This document shows, in pieces, positions 46,302 through 55,003 of a stretch of DNA of 64,000 bases (its first letter is position 1; each line of letters begins with the position of its first letter). This DNA comes from Bacteroidales bacterium (GTDB taxonomy: Bacteria; Bacteroidota; Bacteroidia; Bacteroidales; Azobacteroidaceae). Below the pieces are notes generated by a model. That model worked only from the letters and a program-made list of their open reading frames with translations. It made no database searches and had not been told where the DNA came from. The position numbers and the translations under genes are program-made. The stretch lies in assembly GCA_003851245.1 (NCBI GenBank), contig BHEP01000002.1, forward strand, positions 7,403-71,402, written 5' to 3'.

Positions 46302-47300
46302 ATGGAAAGAGGATTGGAAACGAGGTACGCAGGATTGAATTTAAAAAATCCGCTTATCATTGGGAGTTCGGGATTGACCGACTCGGTTCATAAAAACATT
46401 GCACTAGAAAAAGCGGGGGCAGGGGCTATTGTCTTAAAATCGCTATTTGAGGAGCAGATAAGTCTACAATCGGATTGGATGATGCAAGATTCAGACTATC
46501 CCGAGGCTACGGATTATATTCAGAGCTATGTAAAAAATAATGCTGTTGAAGACTATCTAAGATTGATTAGAGAGAGCAAGCAGGCTTGCCACATACCTAT
46601 CATAGCAAGTATTCACTGCTATAAGTCGGAGATGTGGGCCGATTTTGCTCGCCAGATAGAGCTAGCAGGGGCCGATGCCATTGAGCTAAATGTATTTAGA
46701 CTTTACACCGAAATTGGGGAGTCGGCCATTAGTTTGGGAAATTCTCACTTGTCTATTCTTAAAAATATAAAGGAGGCCGTAAGTATTCCTGTAGTAATAA
46801 AGATGAGTAAGTTTTTCGACAACATTACCGACCATGTAAGCAAGCTACATGCAGGAGGAGCTGCTGGAGTGGTTCTTTTCAACAAGTTTTATCAGGCCGA
46901 TATTGACATCTATAATTTGGAAGTATGCGCAGGGAGGCTTTTTAGCTCCCCCTCCGATTTGTCGGATACCCTACGATGGACTGGCATTGTGTCGGGGCGT
47001 GTGCCAGAAATATCCTTGGCCTCTTCTACCGGCATTTTCTCTTGGGAGGATGTTGTAAAATGTATTTTGGCGGGTGCCTCAGCAGTTCAGTTATGTAGTG
47101 TATTGTATCAAAATGAGCCTAGCATAATCATCGAAATAAAGAAAAACATACAGGTATGGATGGAGAAAATGAATTATGCCTCAATTGATGATTTCAGGGG
47201 CAAGCTTAATTATCACAACACTGCAGATCCTAGCTTGTATGAGAGGGTACAGTTTTTGAAATATTTTTTTGGATATTCTCAGGAGGATCCGGAGAAATAA
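46302..47300 (+). CDS. Dihydroorotate-dehydrogenase-like FMN TIM-barrel protein lacking the usual catalytic SCPN/SSPN motif
   Basis: 332 aa. DHOD-like elements are LKNPLIIGSSGLT, PVVIKMSKF and SSTGIFSWEDVVKCILAGASAVQLCSVL. The position after GADAIELN reads VFRLYT instead of (L/I)S(C/S)PN. Confidence 0.7.
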   Translation: MERGLETRYAGLNLKNPLIIGSSGLTDSVHKNIALEKAGAGAIVLKSLFEEQISLQSDWMMQDSDYPEATDYIQSYVKNNAVEDYLRLIRESKQACHIPIIASIHCYKSEMWADFARQIELAGADAIELNVFRLYTEIGESAISLGNSHLSILKNIKEAVSIPVVIKMSKFFDNITDHVSKLHAGGAAGVVLFNKFYQADIDIYNLEVCAGRLFSSPSDLSDTLRWTGIVSGRVPEISLASSTGIFSWEDVVKCILAGASAVQLCSVLYQNEPSIIIEIKKNIQVWMEKMNYASIDDFRGKLNYHNTADPSLYERVQFLKYFFGYSQEDPEK

Positions 47301-47301
47301 G

Positions 47302-47796
47302 CTATTTTATCCTGATATACACACAGAAAGTATGAGCATATTTGTTTAATTCATTGGCAGCAATATGCTCTTCGCTGATGAGAGACCATTGAGAAAAGTC
47401 TATTGCAGGAAAAAACGTATCCGCATTTTCAAAAGAGGCTTCTACCGTGGTGAGGTATAATTTGTTTGACAAGGGAAGTGTTAGCTTATAAATTTCGCCT
47501 CCACCGATGATGAATATTTCGTCCTCATTTTCTTCTTTTATCATATCATGTAGGGATGTATAGACGGTGCAATTTTCGGCTATATATCTGGCATCTCTTG
47601 TAAGGATGATATTCTTCCTGTTGGGAAGTGCTCCCTTTGGCAGGGACTCATAAGTTTTTCTCCCCATCAGTATGCTGTGTCCTGTTGTTATTTCTTTGAA
47701 TCGCTTGAGATCTTTGGGCAATCTCCAAAGGAGATCATTTTTGTAGCCTATCTCATTATTTTTGCCAATGGCTACTATTGTAGACAGTGTTTTCAT
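47302..47796 (-). CDS. folA: Dihydrofolate reductase
   Basis: 164 aa with [45 protein letters not shown] and [10 protein letters not shown]. It overlaps thyA by 4 nt. Confidence 0.93.
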   Translation of the reverse strand: MKTLSTIVAIGKNNEIGYKNDLLWRLPKDLKRFKEITTGHSILMGRKTYESLPKGALPNRKNIILTRDARYIAENCTVYTSLHDMIKEENEDEIFIIGGGEIYKLTLPLSNKLYLTTVEASFENADTFFPAIDFSQWSLISEEHIAANELNKYAHTFCVYIRIK

Positions 47797-48587
47797 ATGG
47801 CAACTTCTCCCTTAATATGTGGATGAGGATTGTAGGAAGTCCACTCAAAATCCTTGAAGTCGAAAGAGAAAATATCTTTCACCAAAGGGTTTATGTGCAA
47901 TGTCGGTAGGGGGCGGAGCTCACGAGAGAGTTGCAGTTCTACCTGCTCCAAATGGTTGGTATAAATGTGTGCGTCGCCAAGGGTATGAATAAATTCGCCA
48001 GCCTGCAGGCCCGTTGCCTGTGCCATCATTTCCAACAACAATGCGTAGGAGGCAATATTGAAAGGCACTCCAAGAAAAATATCTGCGCTGCGTTGGTATA
48101 GTTGCAAGCTCAATTTGCCCTGCGCCACATAAAATTGAAAGAAAGCATGGCAGGGGGGCAATTTCATGTTTTCTAAATCGCCCACGTTCCACGCATTTAC
48201 AATGATTCGTCGTGAGTCGGGATTGTTTTTAATGGCTTCCACAGCCTCCGTAATTTGATCTATACTGCCTCCCTTATAGTCTGGCCAAGAGCGCCATTGA
48301 TAGCCATAAATGTGCCCTAAATCGCCCTTCTCATCGGCCCATTCGTTCCATATTTTTACCCCATTATCCTTGAGATATTGAATGTTTGTATCTCCTTTCA
48401 AGAACCACAGTAGCTCATAGACGATAGATTTTAAATGCAGTTTCTTGGTGGTCAGTAGTGGGAAGCCCTCTGCCATATTGAAACGCATTTGGTGACCAAA
48501 AACACTGATGGTGCCTGTGCCTGTGCGGTCTTCTTTGGCAGTTCCTTCTTGCAATACTCTTTCTAAGAGTTCTTTATATTGTATCAT
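47793..48587 (-). CDS. thyA: Thymidylate synthase
   Basis: 264 aa with DRTGTGT, the catalytic-Cys motif [12 protein letters not shown] and DAHIYTNH. Confidence 0.96.
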   Translation of the reverse strand: MIQYKELLERVLQEGTAKEDRTGTGTISVFGHQMRFNMAEGFPLLTTKKLHLKSIVYELLWFLKGDTNIQYLKDNGVKIWNEWADEKGDLGHIYGYQWRSWPDYKGGSIDQITEAVEAIKNNPDSRRIIVNAWNVGDLENMKLPPCHAFFQFYVAQGKLSLQLYQRSADIFLGVPFNIASYALLLEMMAQATGLQAGEFIHTLGDAHIYTNHLEQVELQLSRELRPLPTLHINPLVKDIFSFDFKDFEWTSYNPHPHIKGEVAI

Positions 48588-48604
48588 ACCTCTTATTTTT
48601 TTAT

Positions 48605-49504
48605 TTAAGCTGATGTTCCTCTGCAGAAAATACCCAAAGGCAGCTTGCGCCCAGCTCGGTCGGGCACAAAAAGCTCTCCGTACTGAGATTGGCTTATGTT
48701 AGGAAAATAATCTTTTGCCAAATTGTTGGCAATTAGCGAAGAGAACCCCATGGAATATAAATTGAGCACCATAAATCCCATTTTGGGGTCAAGAATCTTG
48801 CTGCAACTTGACATCAGTTCGGCTATATTTTCTTCGAGTATCCATCGTTCTCCATCAGGCCCTCTACCATAGGCAGGAGGGTCGAGTATTATTCCTTGGT
48901 ATACCTTTCCTCGCTTACATTCGCGGCTCACAAACTTAAGGGCATCCTCTAGCACCCAGCGAATATCCTTCAAGTTGGAGGCCTCCATATTTTCGCGCGA
49001 CCAGTTGAGAACCTGTTTTACTGAATCTACATGGCTCACATCGGCTCCCGCAGCTTTTGCCGCCAAAGATGCTCCCCCAGTATAGGCAAAAAGATTGAGT
49101 ACCCTGGCTTCAGTTGCCTTCAACTTAAGTAGGCTATCATAAATAAAATTCCAATTTTCTGCCTGCTCAGGAAATATCCCTATGTGTTTGAAGGAGGTGA
49201 GCCCTAGTCGGAAAGTGAGTTTCATTCCCTTGTATTGATAATCTACAAACCATTGCTGAGGCATTGAGTCTTTAAGTATCCACTCGCCTTTTTCTCCAGA
49301 TTCAGTTGCGCTAGTATTATTTTTTCCCTTTTTAAAATAAGCATCTGCGAGTTTGTGCCATTCTGTCTCGTGCAAAGCCTTTCTCCATACGGCCTGAGGC
49401 TCAGGGCGACGAAGGGTGTATTTGCCAAAGCGCTCTAGTTTCTCATAATTACCAGAATCAATAAGTTCGTAATCAGTCCAATGTTGAGGAGTAAGTAGTT
49501 GCAT
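48605..49504 (-). CDS. Class I SAM-dependent methyltransferase (RlmI-like catalytic domain, no PUA domain)
   Basis: 299 aa. Motif I is [20 protein letters not shown] and motif IV is [13 protein letters not shown]. It lies 17 nt upstream of thyA on the same strand, so an operon is likely. Confidence 0.75.
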   Translation of the reverse strand: MQLLTPQHWTDYELIDSGNYEKLERFGKYTLRRPEPQAVWRKALHETEWHKLADAYFKKGKNNTSATESGEKGEWILKDSMPQQWFVDYQYKGMKLTFRLGLTSFKHIGIFPEQAENWNFIYDSLLKLKATEARVLNLFAYTGGASLAAKAAGADVSHVDSVKQVLNWSRENMEASNLKDIRWVLEDALKFVSRECKRGKVYQGIILDPPAYGRGPDGERWILEENIAELMSSCSKILDPKMGFMVLNLYSMGFSSLIANNLAKDYFPNISQSQYGELFVPDRAGRKLPLGIFCRGTSA

Positions 49505-49528
49505 ATTTTTTTTTGCTGTTTCAGACTA

Positions 49529-49536
49529 CAAAAGTA
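49529..49536 (-). promoter_or_regulatory. Candidate -7 box for the methyltransferase-thyA-folA operon
   Basis: The minus strand reads TACTTTTG, 25 nt upstream of the ATG at 49504. Confidence 0.35.
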
Positions 49537-49601
49537 CAACAATAATAATGAATAGTAAATTTTCTTAGACACGAAAACCAAGGGACTCATTTTTTTTTTC
49601 A

Positions 49602-49609
49602 TATCTTTG
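49602..49609 (+). promoter_or_regulatory. Candidate -7 box upstream of the ECF sigma gene
   Basis: TATCTTTG is preceded by a T10 tract (49590-49599). The ATG of the sigma gene is 185 nt downstream. Confidence 0.3.
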
Positions 49610-49615
49610 TAATAA

Positions 49616-49787
49616 AAAGTGATCAATGGCACACTGATGGAAAGCTTTTATGCCCTCATCTAAAGCATCCGACCACTACCTGTGCTTTGTGCTGATGACG
49701 GGAGTAGCCAAATTCACTAAGGTGAGCATATTCTCAAAGCTCAATAAAGAGTTTCTGGCATCAATAAAATCGTTTTACAATGGCTAA
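49616..49787 (+). pseudogene. Remnant of a Bacteroidota 'predicted AAA-ATPase' (PF09820-like) gene
   Basis: Two short frames read ...INGTLMESFYALI* and MPSSKASDHYLCFVLMTGVAKFTKVSIFSKLNKEFLASIKSFYNG*. The block F(V)L(M)TGV(A)KF(T)KVSIFS(K)LN matches, from memory, the conserved FLTGVSKFSKVSIFSxLNN block of that family. The fragment is far too short to be functional. Confidence 0.45.
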
Positions 49788-49793
49788 TATAGA

Positions 49794-50348
49794 ATGTTTA
49801 TTTACTCAGAAGAGCGTTTCAATACAATTTATACTCGATATTACAAAAAATCGTTTATTTTTGCCAAGTCATATGTTCATGATGATTTGGTGGCGGAGGA
49901 TATTGCTACTGAGGCCTTAATAAAGCTATGGGAAACGATGAAGCACGAAGAGGTGCTAAAGCCACTGCCGTTTTTGTTTGCTGTATTGAAAAATAAATCC
50001 TTAGATTATCTCAAACATACTCTTGTCAGACAAGAAGCAATACATATTATTGGCGATTATCATTTGCGTGAGCTTTCTATTCGCATTTCTACTCTTAAAG
50101 TTTGTGATCCCGAATTTATTTTTTCGGACGAAATAAGCCAAATCCTCGAACAAATGCTCAATAAATTGCCAGCACAGACAAGAAAGGTTTTTGAGATGAG
50201 TCGTTTTGAACAAAAAACAGGCAAGGAGATAGCTCACGACTTGGGAATTACAGTAAAAGGTGTCGATTATCATATTGCAAAATCTCTGCAACTCCTTCGC
50301 TTATCATTGAAAGATTATTTGTCACAGGTTTTATTTTTATTTGCATAA
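49794..50348 (+). CDS. ECF-type RNA polymerase sigma-70 family factor
   Basis: 184 aa. Region 2 reads DDLVAEDIATEALIKLWE. The region 4 HTH reads GKEIAHDLGITVKGVDYHIAKSLQLLR. Confidence 0.9.
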   Translation: MFIYSEERFNTIYTRYYKKSFIFAKSYVHDDLVAEDIATEALIKLWETMKHEEVLKPLPFLFAVLKNKSLDYLKHTLVRQEAIHIIGDYHLRELSIRISTLKVCDPEFIFSDEISQILEQMLNKLPAQTRKVFEMSRFEQKTGKEIAHDLGITVKGVDYHIAKSLQLLRLSLKDYLSQVLFLFA

Positions 50349-50396
50349 ATACGCATTTCTTACTAGTGAAGTCCCTTGTTTTGTCGTCTTACTAAT

Positions 50397-51371
50397 ATGC
50401 AGACAAAATTAATGGACAACAAATTGCTACAAGCCTACATTTCTGGCGAAACCACAGAAGAAGAATTGGCCGTGGTCATAGAGTGGCTGGAGGCTGAGGA
50501 GGCAAATATGCGCCATTACATGACTTTGCGAAAGCTTTATGACCTAAGTATTTGGAACGAATCTACTGCAAGAGTCCTATCCCTCTCTACCTCTATCAGG
50601 CTCCCAAAATGGATATACGAGACCCTCAAAGTGGTAGCGGTTTTTATTGTAGCCTTTGGCATTGCGCATTATTTCTTAGCTCCCTCAGTAGAAATAGAAA
50701 GCATGCAAAGCGTTTATGTGCCGCCAGGACAGCATGCCCAGCTAAGGCTTTCTGATGGATCAAAAGTTTGGCTCAACGCCAATAGTACCCTGCACTTCCC
50801 AAGTAAATTTGCAAATACCCAAAGGGAGGTGAGGCTAGAAGGAGAGGGCTTTTTTGAGGTGCAGGCAAATTCACAAACCCCATTTATTGTATCTACCTAC
50901 GCATACACAATTAAGGCATTGGGAACTTCTTTTAATGTGGTGGCTTATGAAAAAAATCCTTCTAGCTTTGAAACCTCTTTGCTCTCTGGAGAAGTAGAGA
51001 TTACAAATAGCTATCATAATCATAAGAATGTAAATAATAGTCAAATTATCAGATTAAGACCCAACGAGAGGGCAATTGTTAGTGACGAATCCTTGTTGGC
51101 AGCTGCTATCAACAATCCCGATTATTTTATGTGGCGCGATGGCATTATATGCTTTGAAGACGAGTCTATTAGTGGTATTATGAACAAATTAGAACTTTAT
51201 TTTGACGTTAAAATATTTGTCAATAACAAGCAAATAGAGCAGGGCAAATATTTGTATACAGGAAAGTTTAGGAGTAGAGATGGCTTAGACCACATACTCA
51301 ATGTTTTGCAAGTTGACAAACGTTTTTCCTACAAAAAAGATGAGGAAAAAAATACAGTAGAAATCTATTAA
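50397..51371 (+). CDS. FecR-family anti-sigma factor
   Basis: The N-terminal anti-sigma domain reads LLQAYISGETTEEELAVVIEWL and is followed by a TM segment (VVAVFIVAFGIAHYFL). The FecR domain reads DGSKVWLNANSTLHFP and the C-terminal DUF4974-like module reads ISGIMNKLELYFDVKIFV. The track start is TTG 50376; ATG 50397 is preferred. Confidence 0.9.
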   Translation: MQTKLMDNKLLQAYISGETTEEELAVVIEWLEAEEANMRHYMTLRKLYDLSIWNESTARVLSLSTSIRLPKWIYETLKVVAVFIVAFGIAHYFLAPSVEIESMQSVYVPPGQHAQLRLSDGSKVWLNANSTLHFPSKFANTQREVRLEGEGFFEVQANSQTPFIVSTYAYTIKALGTSFNVVAYEKNPSSFETSLLSGEVEITNSYHNHKNVNNSQIIRLRPNERAIVSDESLLAAAINNPDYFMWRDGIICFEDESISGIMNKLELYFDVKIFVNNKQIEQGKYLYTGKFRSRDGLDHILNVLQVDKRFSYKKDEEKNTVEIY

Positions 51372-51509
51372 AGCAGTATGCCTATGAAGTGAAAATTGAG
51401 ACATTCTTAAAAAACCCAAATAAACTTTTAGAGGAGGGCTTAGAAGCTATATATTCTTAAAGAGCTCCGCCAAATTATCTAAGTACTAATAAACCTAATT
51501 AATAAAGAT

Positions 51510-54500
51510 ATGAATTATATTTTGTATAATCACACTTTTTTTCAGAATAAACATTTATTCCGTATTGTGAGACTCATTGTTCTTGCCCTATTTGTATCTA
51601 CAATAAGTATTTTTGCTGGCGAAGCCAATTCGCAAAACGCAAAAGTGTCTATACATGCCAACAAAATTGCTACAGAGAAAGTGATAAAACAAATAGAGAA
51701 ACAAACAGAATATCTCTTTGTTTACGACAAAAACGAGGTAAATGTATCCCGCGAGGTGTCGCTTGAAGTAGACAATGAAACTGTAGCCAATGTGCTAGAT
51801 GCTATATTCAAAAACACCAGTGTTAGATATACCATGGTAGGTAAAAATATCATGCTAGTGAGCAATAAAAGCGAATCGCAGAGCAAATCTGAAAACGAAT
51901 CGCAGCAAGATGTGCAAAGAGTGAGAGGTACTATAAGAGACCAAAAAGGAGGGCCTATAATAGGAGCCTCTATTATCATAAAAGATACAAACATAGGTAC
52001 AATAAGCGATTTGGACGGCAATTTTTCGCTAGAAGTTCCTCGCAATGCCATACTTCAAGTTTCCTATATTGCTTACAACAGGCAGGAAGTTGGTGTGGCA
52101 GGAAAAAACACACTAAATATTGTGTTAATTGAAGATGCAAAATTCTTGGATGAGGTGGTAGTGGTGGGCTATGGAGTACAGAAAAAAGTAAATCTAACAG
52201 GCTCCATTACTTCTGTCAAAACAGAGCATTTGGGCAATATTCCTGCTGCCAACCTATCAAATACAATCGCTGGTCGTGCTCCTGGGGTTACAGCAGTAAG
52301 CACTTCAGGATTGGCAGGAGCTTCAGCCAATATTAGAATCAGGGGAAGTTTCTCTGAACCATTGTATGTAATAAACGGCATAATAAAAGAAAAAACAGAT
52401 TTTGATGCCTTAGATGCCAATGAGGTAGAATCTATCAACTTTTTGAAAGATGCCGCTAGTGCATCAATATATGGATCAAAAGCAGGAAATGGAGTGGTGC
52501 TGGTGAGCACAAAAACAGGGATAGTACAAAAGCCTACTTTTGATTACAAAGGGTCTTTCTCTACGGCTCGCACCACACGAGAAATACAAAATTATACAGC
52601 AACACAAGAAATTGAATTTGTCAATAGAATGGCCCAATCTAGCGGCCAGCCAATGCCTTATGGCTCTGATATTATCAGTTACTTTAATGATAAAAGCTAT
52701 AATATAAACGACTATATATGGCAAAATCCTTCCGTAAAACAACACAATATAGGCTTGAGAGGGGGCACAGAAGCTATAAATTATTATATGTCGGCAGGAT
52801 ACCATTCGGAGGAGGGTTCGTATAAAAATTTGAATTACGACAAATTTAATTTTCGCTCCGATGTGTCGGCAAAAATTACCGAGCGATTCAAGATAAATGT
52901 TAACCTTAGCGGCAATCAGCGCAATTATAAGCGATGGTATTGGCCTTATGACGATGCTGAAGATTTTAATGTAGGCGATTTTTATAGGGCAACCTTCAAT
53001 TGGTCGAGATTGTACCCCTTTTATGTAGATCAACAAGGAAGACCAGCAAATGAGGTCACCCAATATCCTGTATCTACCGGCGGCTGGCACCCCGTAGAAC
53101 TGATGACCAATGGTGGATATCGCGATATAAAATACCGTACATTGGATGGTATTGCTCGATTTGATCTGGATTTAGGGGCTTTTGTAGATGGCTTAAGTAC
53201 AAATTTTCAAGCCCACTACACGGCATCCGACAAAAATATGAAATCTTTTGTGCTACACAACAAGGCATATTTATTTCAGTCGGGCGACGCACAAAACAAA
53301 TTTGTGCCTGGCCCTATTGATCCCGACAAACTTCAAATTCATAATCTAAGTGCCAATTATCCCAATATAGCAGAAAATGTCAATTTTAATGGGGCTTATC
53401 AGATCAATTGGCGCCTGCTCTACGAGCAAACTTTTGCCAAACATGCCATTTCGGCATTGGCAGTTTATGAGCAGGCTCACAGTGATGTGAAAACCCTTGA
53501 TGGGAGAGCCGACGATTTGCTTACCACAAATATCGACCAAATATATAACACCTCCTCCGATATTTCTAGGAGATGGTTTGATGGAAGTGAAAGTGAAAGC
53601 GCTAGAACCTCATGGATAGGCAGGGTCAATTATGGCTTTGACAACAAATATATTGCCGAGTTTTCGTTTCGCTACGATGGCAACTATTTGTTTGCAAAAG
53701 GAAAGCAATGGGGCTTTTTTCCCTCAGCATCTTCTGCTTGGCGCATATCGGAAGAAAACTTTCTGAAAGAAGTTGAACTGCTAAGCAACCTTAAACTTCG
53801 CATGTCGTATGGAACAACAGGGAGTGACGTCAACACTAGCAACAATAATTTAGATCCATTTCTTTGGAGTCAAACCTATGTAAAGCAAAATGGTTTTGTC
53901 TTTGGCGACTCCTTTTACGATGGATTAGCTCCTAGCGCAATGCCCAATCCAATGGTAACATGGTCAACAACAAAAATGTATAATATAGGATTAGATTATG
54001 GATTTTTGGATAACAAGCTAAGTGGAGAAATGGATTTCTTTACCAAGAAACAAACAAATATTCTTGGCAATAGATTAGGCTCAACACCCACAACATTAGG
54101 AGCCACACTGCCCTCAGTAAATTATGCCGAAAGATCGTGGAAAGGATTTGAACTATCCCTAAATTGGAATAATAATGTTGGCGAAGTCAAATATTCGGTG
54201 TATGGAAATATGGGCTATGCTGTAGACAAATGGGATGTTTTTGATGAGGCTGCCGCATTTACAGATGATTCGTATCTCAACAATTGGAGAAGCAAAATAG
54301 GGCAGCCCGACAACCGAATATATGGCTTGCGATCAAAAGGAATTATTAGAACTCAGGCTGAGCTAGACAAGCTGCCTGCGGGGTTTACTCAATTTGGACG
54401 AGCTCCTAAATTGGGATACCTTCTTTTTGAAGACATCAGGGGAGATAACTTCTCTGAAGGTGCTGACGGAAAAATTGATGACAACGACAAAACCTATTTA

Positions 54501-54992
54501 TCCAACAATGCAAATCCTCGAATCAATTATGGCCTTGGCTTTAGAGCAGAATGGAGAGGAATATCTATGAATGCTCATTTTCAAGGAGTGGGGGCTTATG
54601 ATAGAATGGTGAGTACCCGCAATGGCGAAGGTGTATTTCAATCGGATAGGCCCTATTTTGAACTTTGGGCAAGCGACTACTGGACTCCCGACAACATAGA
54701 TGCCAAATATCCTAGAGCCACTGGCGAGTGGATGGAGCCAGATGTAGGTGGTGGTCCCTCAACTTTTTGGATGAGAAATGGAGCCTACCTGCGATTGAAA
54801 AATTTGGACATTGCCTATGTGCTGCCTTCCAAATGGTACCGTAAACTTGGAGTGCAAAATGTTCAAATATTTGGTAATGCAACGAATTTATTCTGTATCT
54901 CAGGAATTGGCGAGCACGACCCTGAGCAAAATACATTAGACTCCTACCCCATTATGAAGACCTTTACAGCTGGTATCTCCATTAACTTCTAA
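51510..54992 (+). CDS. SusC-like TonB-dependent transporter with an N-terminal STN (FecA-like signalling) domain
   Basis: 1160 aa. After the signal peptide comes an STN domain (ATEKVIKQIEKQTEYLFVYDKNEV...VANVLDAIFKNTSVRYTMVGKNIMLV). This is followed by a CarboxypepD_reg-like domain (VRGTIRDQKGGPIIGASIIIKDT...DGNFSLEV), a plug (VVVVGYGVQKKVNLTG) and a terminal Phe. Confidence 0.93.
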   Translation: MNYILYNHTFFQNKHLFRIVRLIVLALFVSTISIFAGEANSQNAKVSIHANKIATEKVIKQIEKQTEYLFVYDKNEVNVSREVSLEVDNETVANVLDAIFKNTSVRYTMVGKNIMLVSNKSESQSKSENESQQDVQRVRGTIRDQKGGPIIGASIIIKDTNIGTISDLDGNFSLEVPRNAILQVSYIAYNRQEVGVAGKNTLNIVLIEDAKFLDEVVVVGYGVQKKVNLTGSITSVKTEHLGNIPAANLSNTIAGRAPGVTAVSTSGLAGASANIRIRGSFSEPLYVINGIIKEKTDFDALDANEVESINFLKDAASASIYGSKAGNGVVLVSTKTGIVQKPTFDYKGSFSTARTTREIQNYTATQEIEFVNRMAQSSGQPMPYGSDIISYFNDKSYNINDYIWQNPSVKQHNIGLRGGTEAINYYMSAGYHSEEGSYKNLNYDKFNFRSDVSAKITERFKINVNLSGNQRNYKRWYWPYDDAEDFNVGDFYRATFNWSRLYPFYVDQQGRPANEVTQYPVSTGGWHPVELMTNGGYRDIKYRTLDGIARFDLDLGAFVDGLSTNFQAHYTASDKNMKSFVLHNKAYLFQSGDAQNKFVPGPIDPDKLQIHNLSANYPNIAENVNFNGAYQINWRLLYEQTFAKHAISALAVYEQAHSDVKTLDGRADDLLTTNIDQIYNTSSDISRRWFDGSESESARTSWIGRVNYGFDNKYIAEFSFRYDGNYLFAKGKQWGFFPSASSAWRISEENFLKEVELLSNLKLRMSYGTTGSDVNTSNNNLDPFLWSQTYVKQNGFVFGDSFYDGLAPSAMPNPMVTWSTTKMYNIGLDYGFLDNKLSGEMDFFTKKQTNILGNRLGSTPTTLGATLPSVNYAERSWKGFELSLNWNNNVGEVKYSVYGNMGYAVDKWDVFDEAAAFTDDSYLNNWRSKIGQPDNRIYGLRSKGIIRTQAELDKLPAGFTQFGRAPKLGYLLFEDIRGDNFSEGADGKIDDNDKTYLSNNANPRINYGLGFRAEWRGISMNAHFQGVGAYDRMVSTRNGEGVFQSDRPYFELWASDYWTPDNIDAKYPRATGEWMEPDVGGGPSTFWMRNGAYLRLKNLDIAYVLPSKWYRKLGVQNVQIFGNATNLFCISGIGEHDPEQNTLDSYPIMKTFTAGISINF

Positions 54993-55003
54993 AACAAACA
55001 TTT

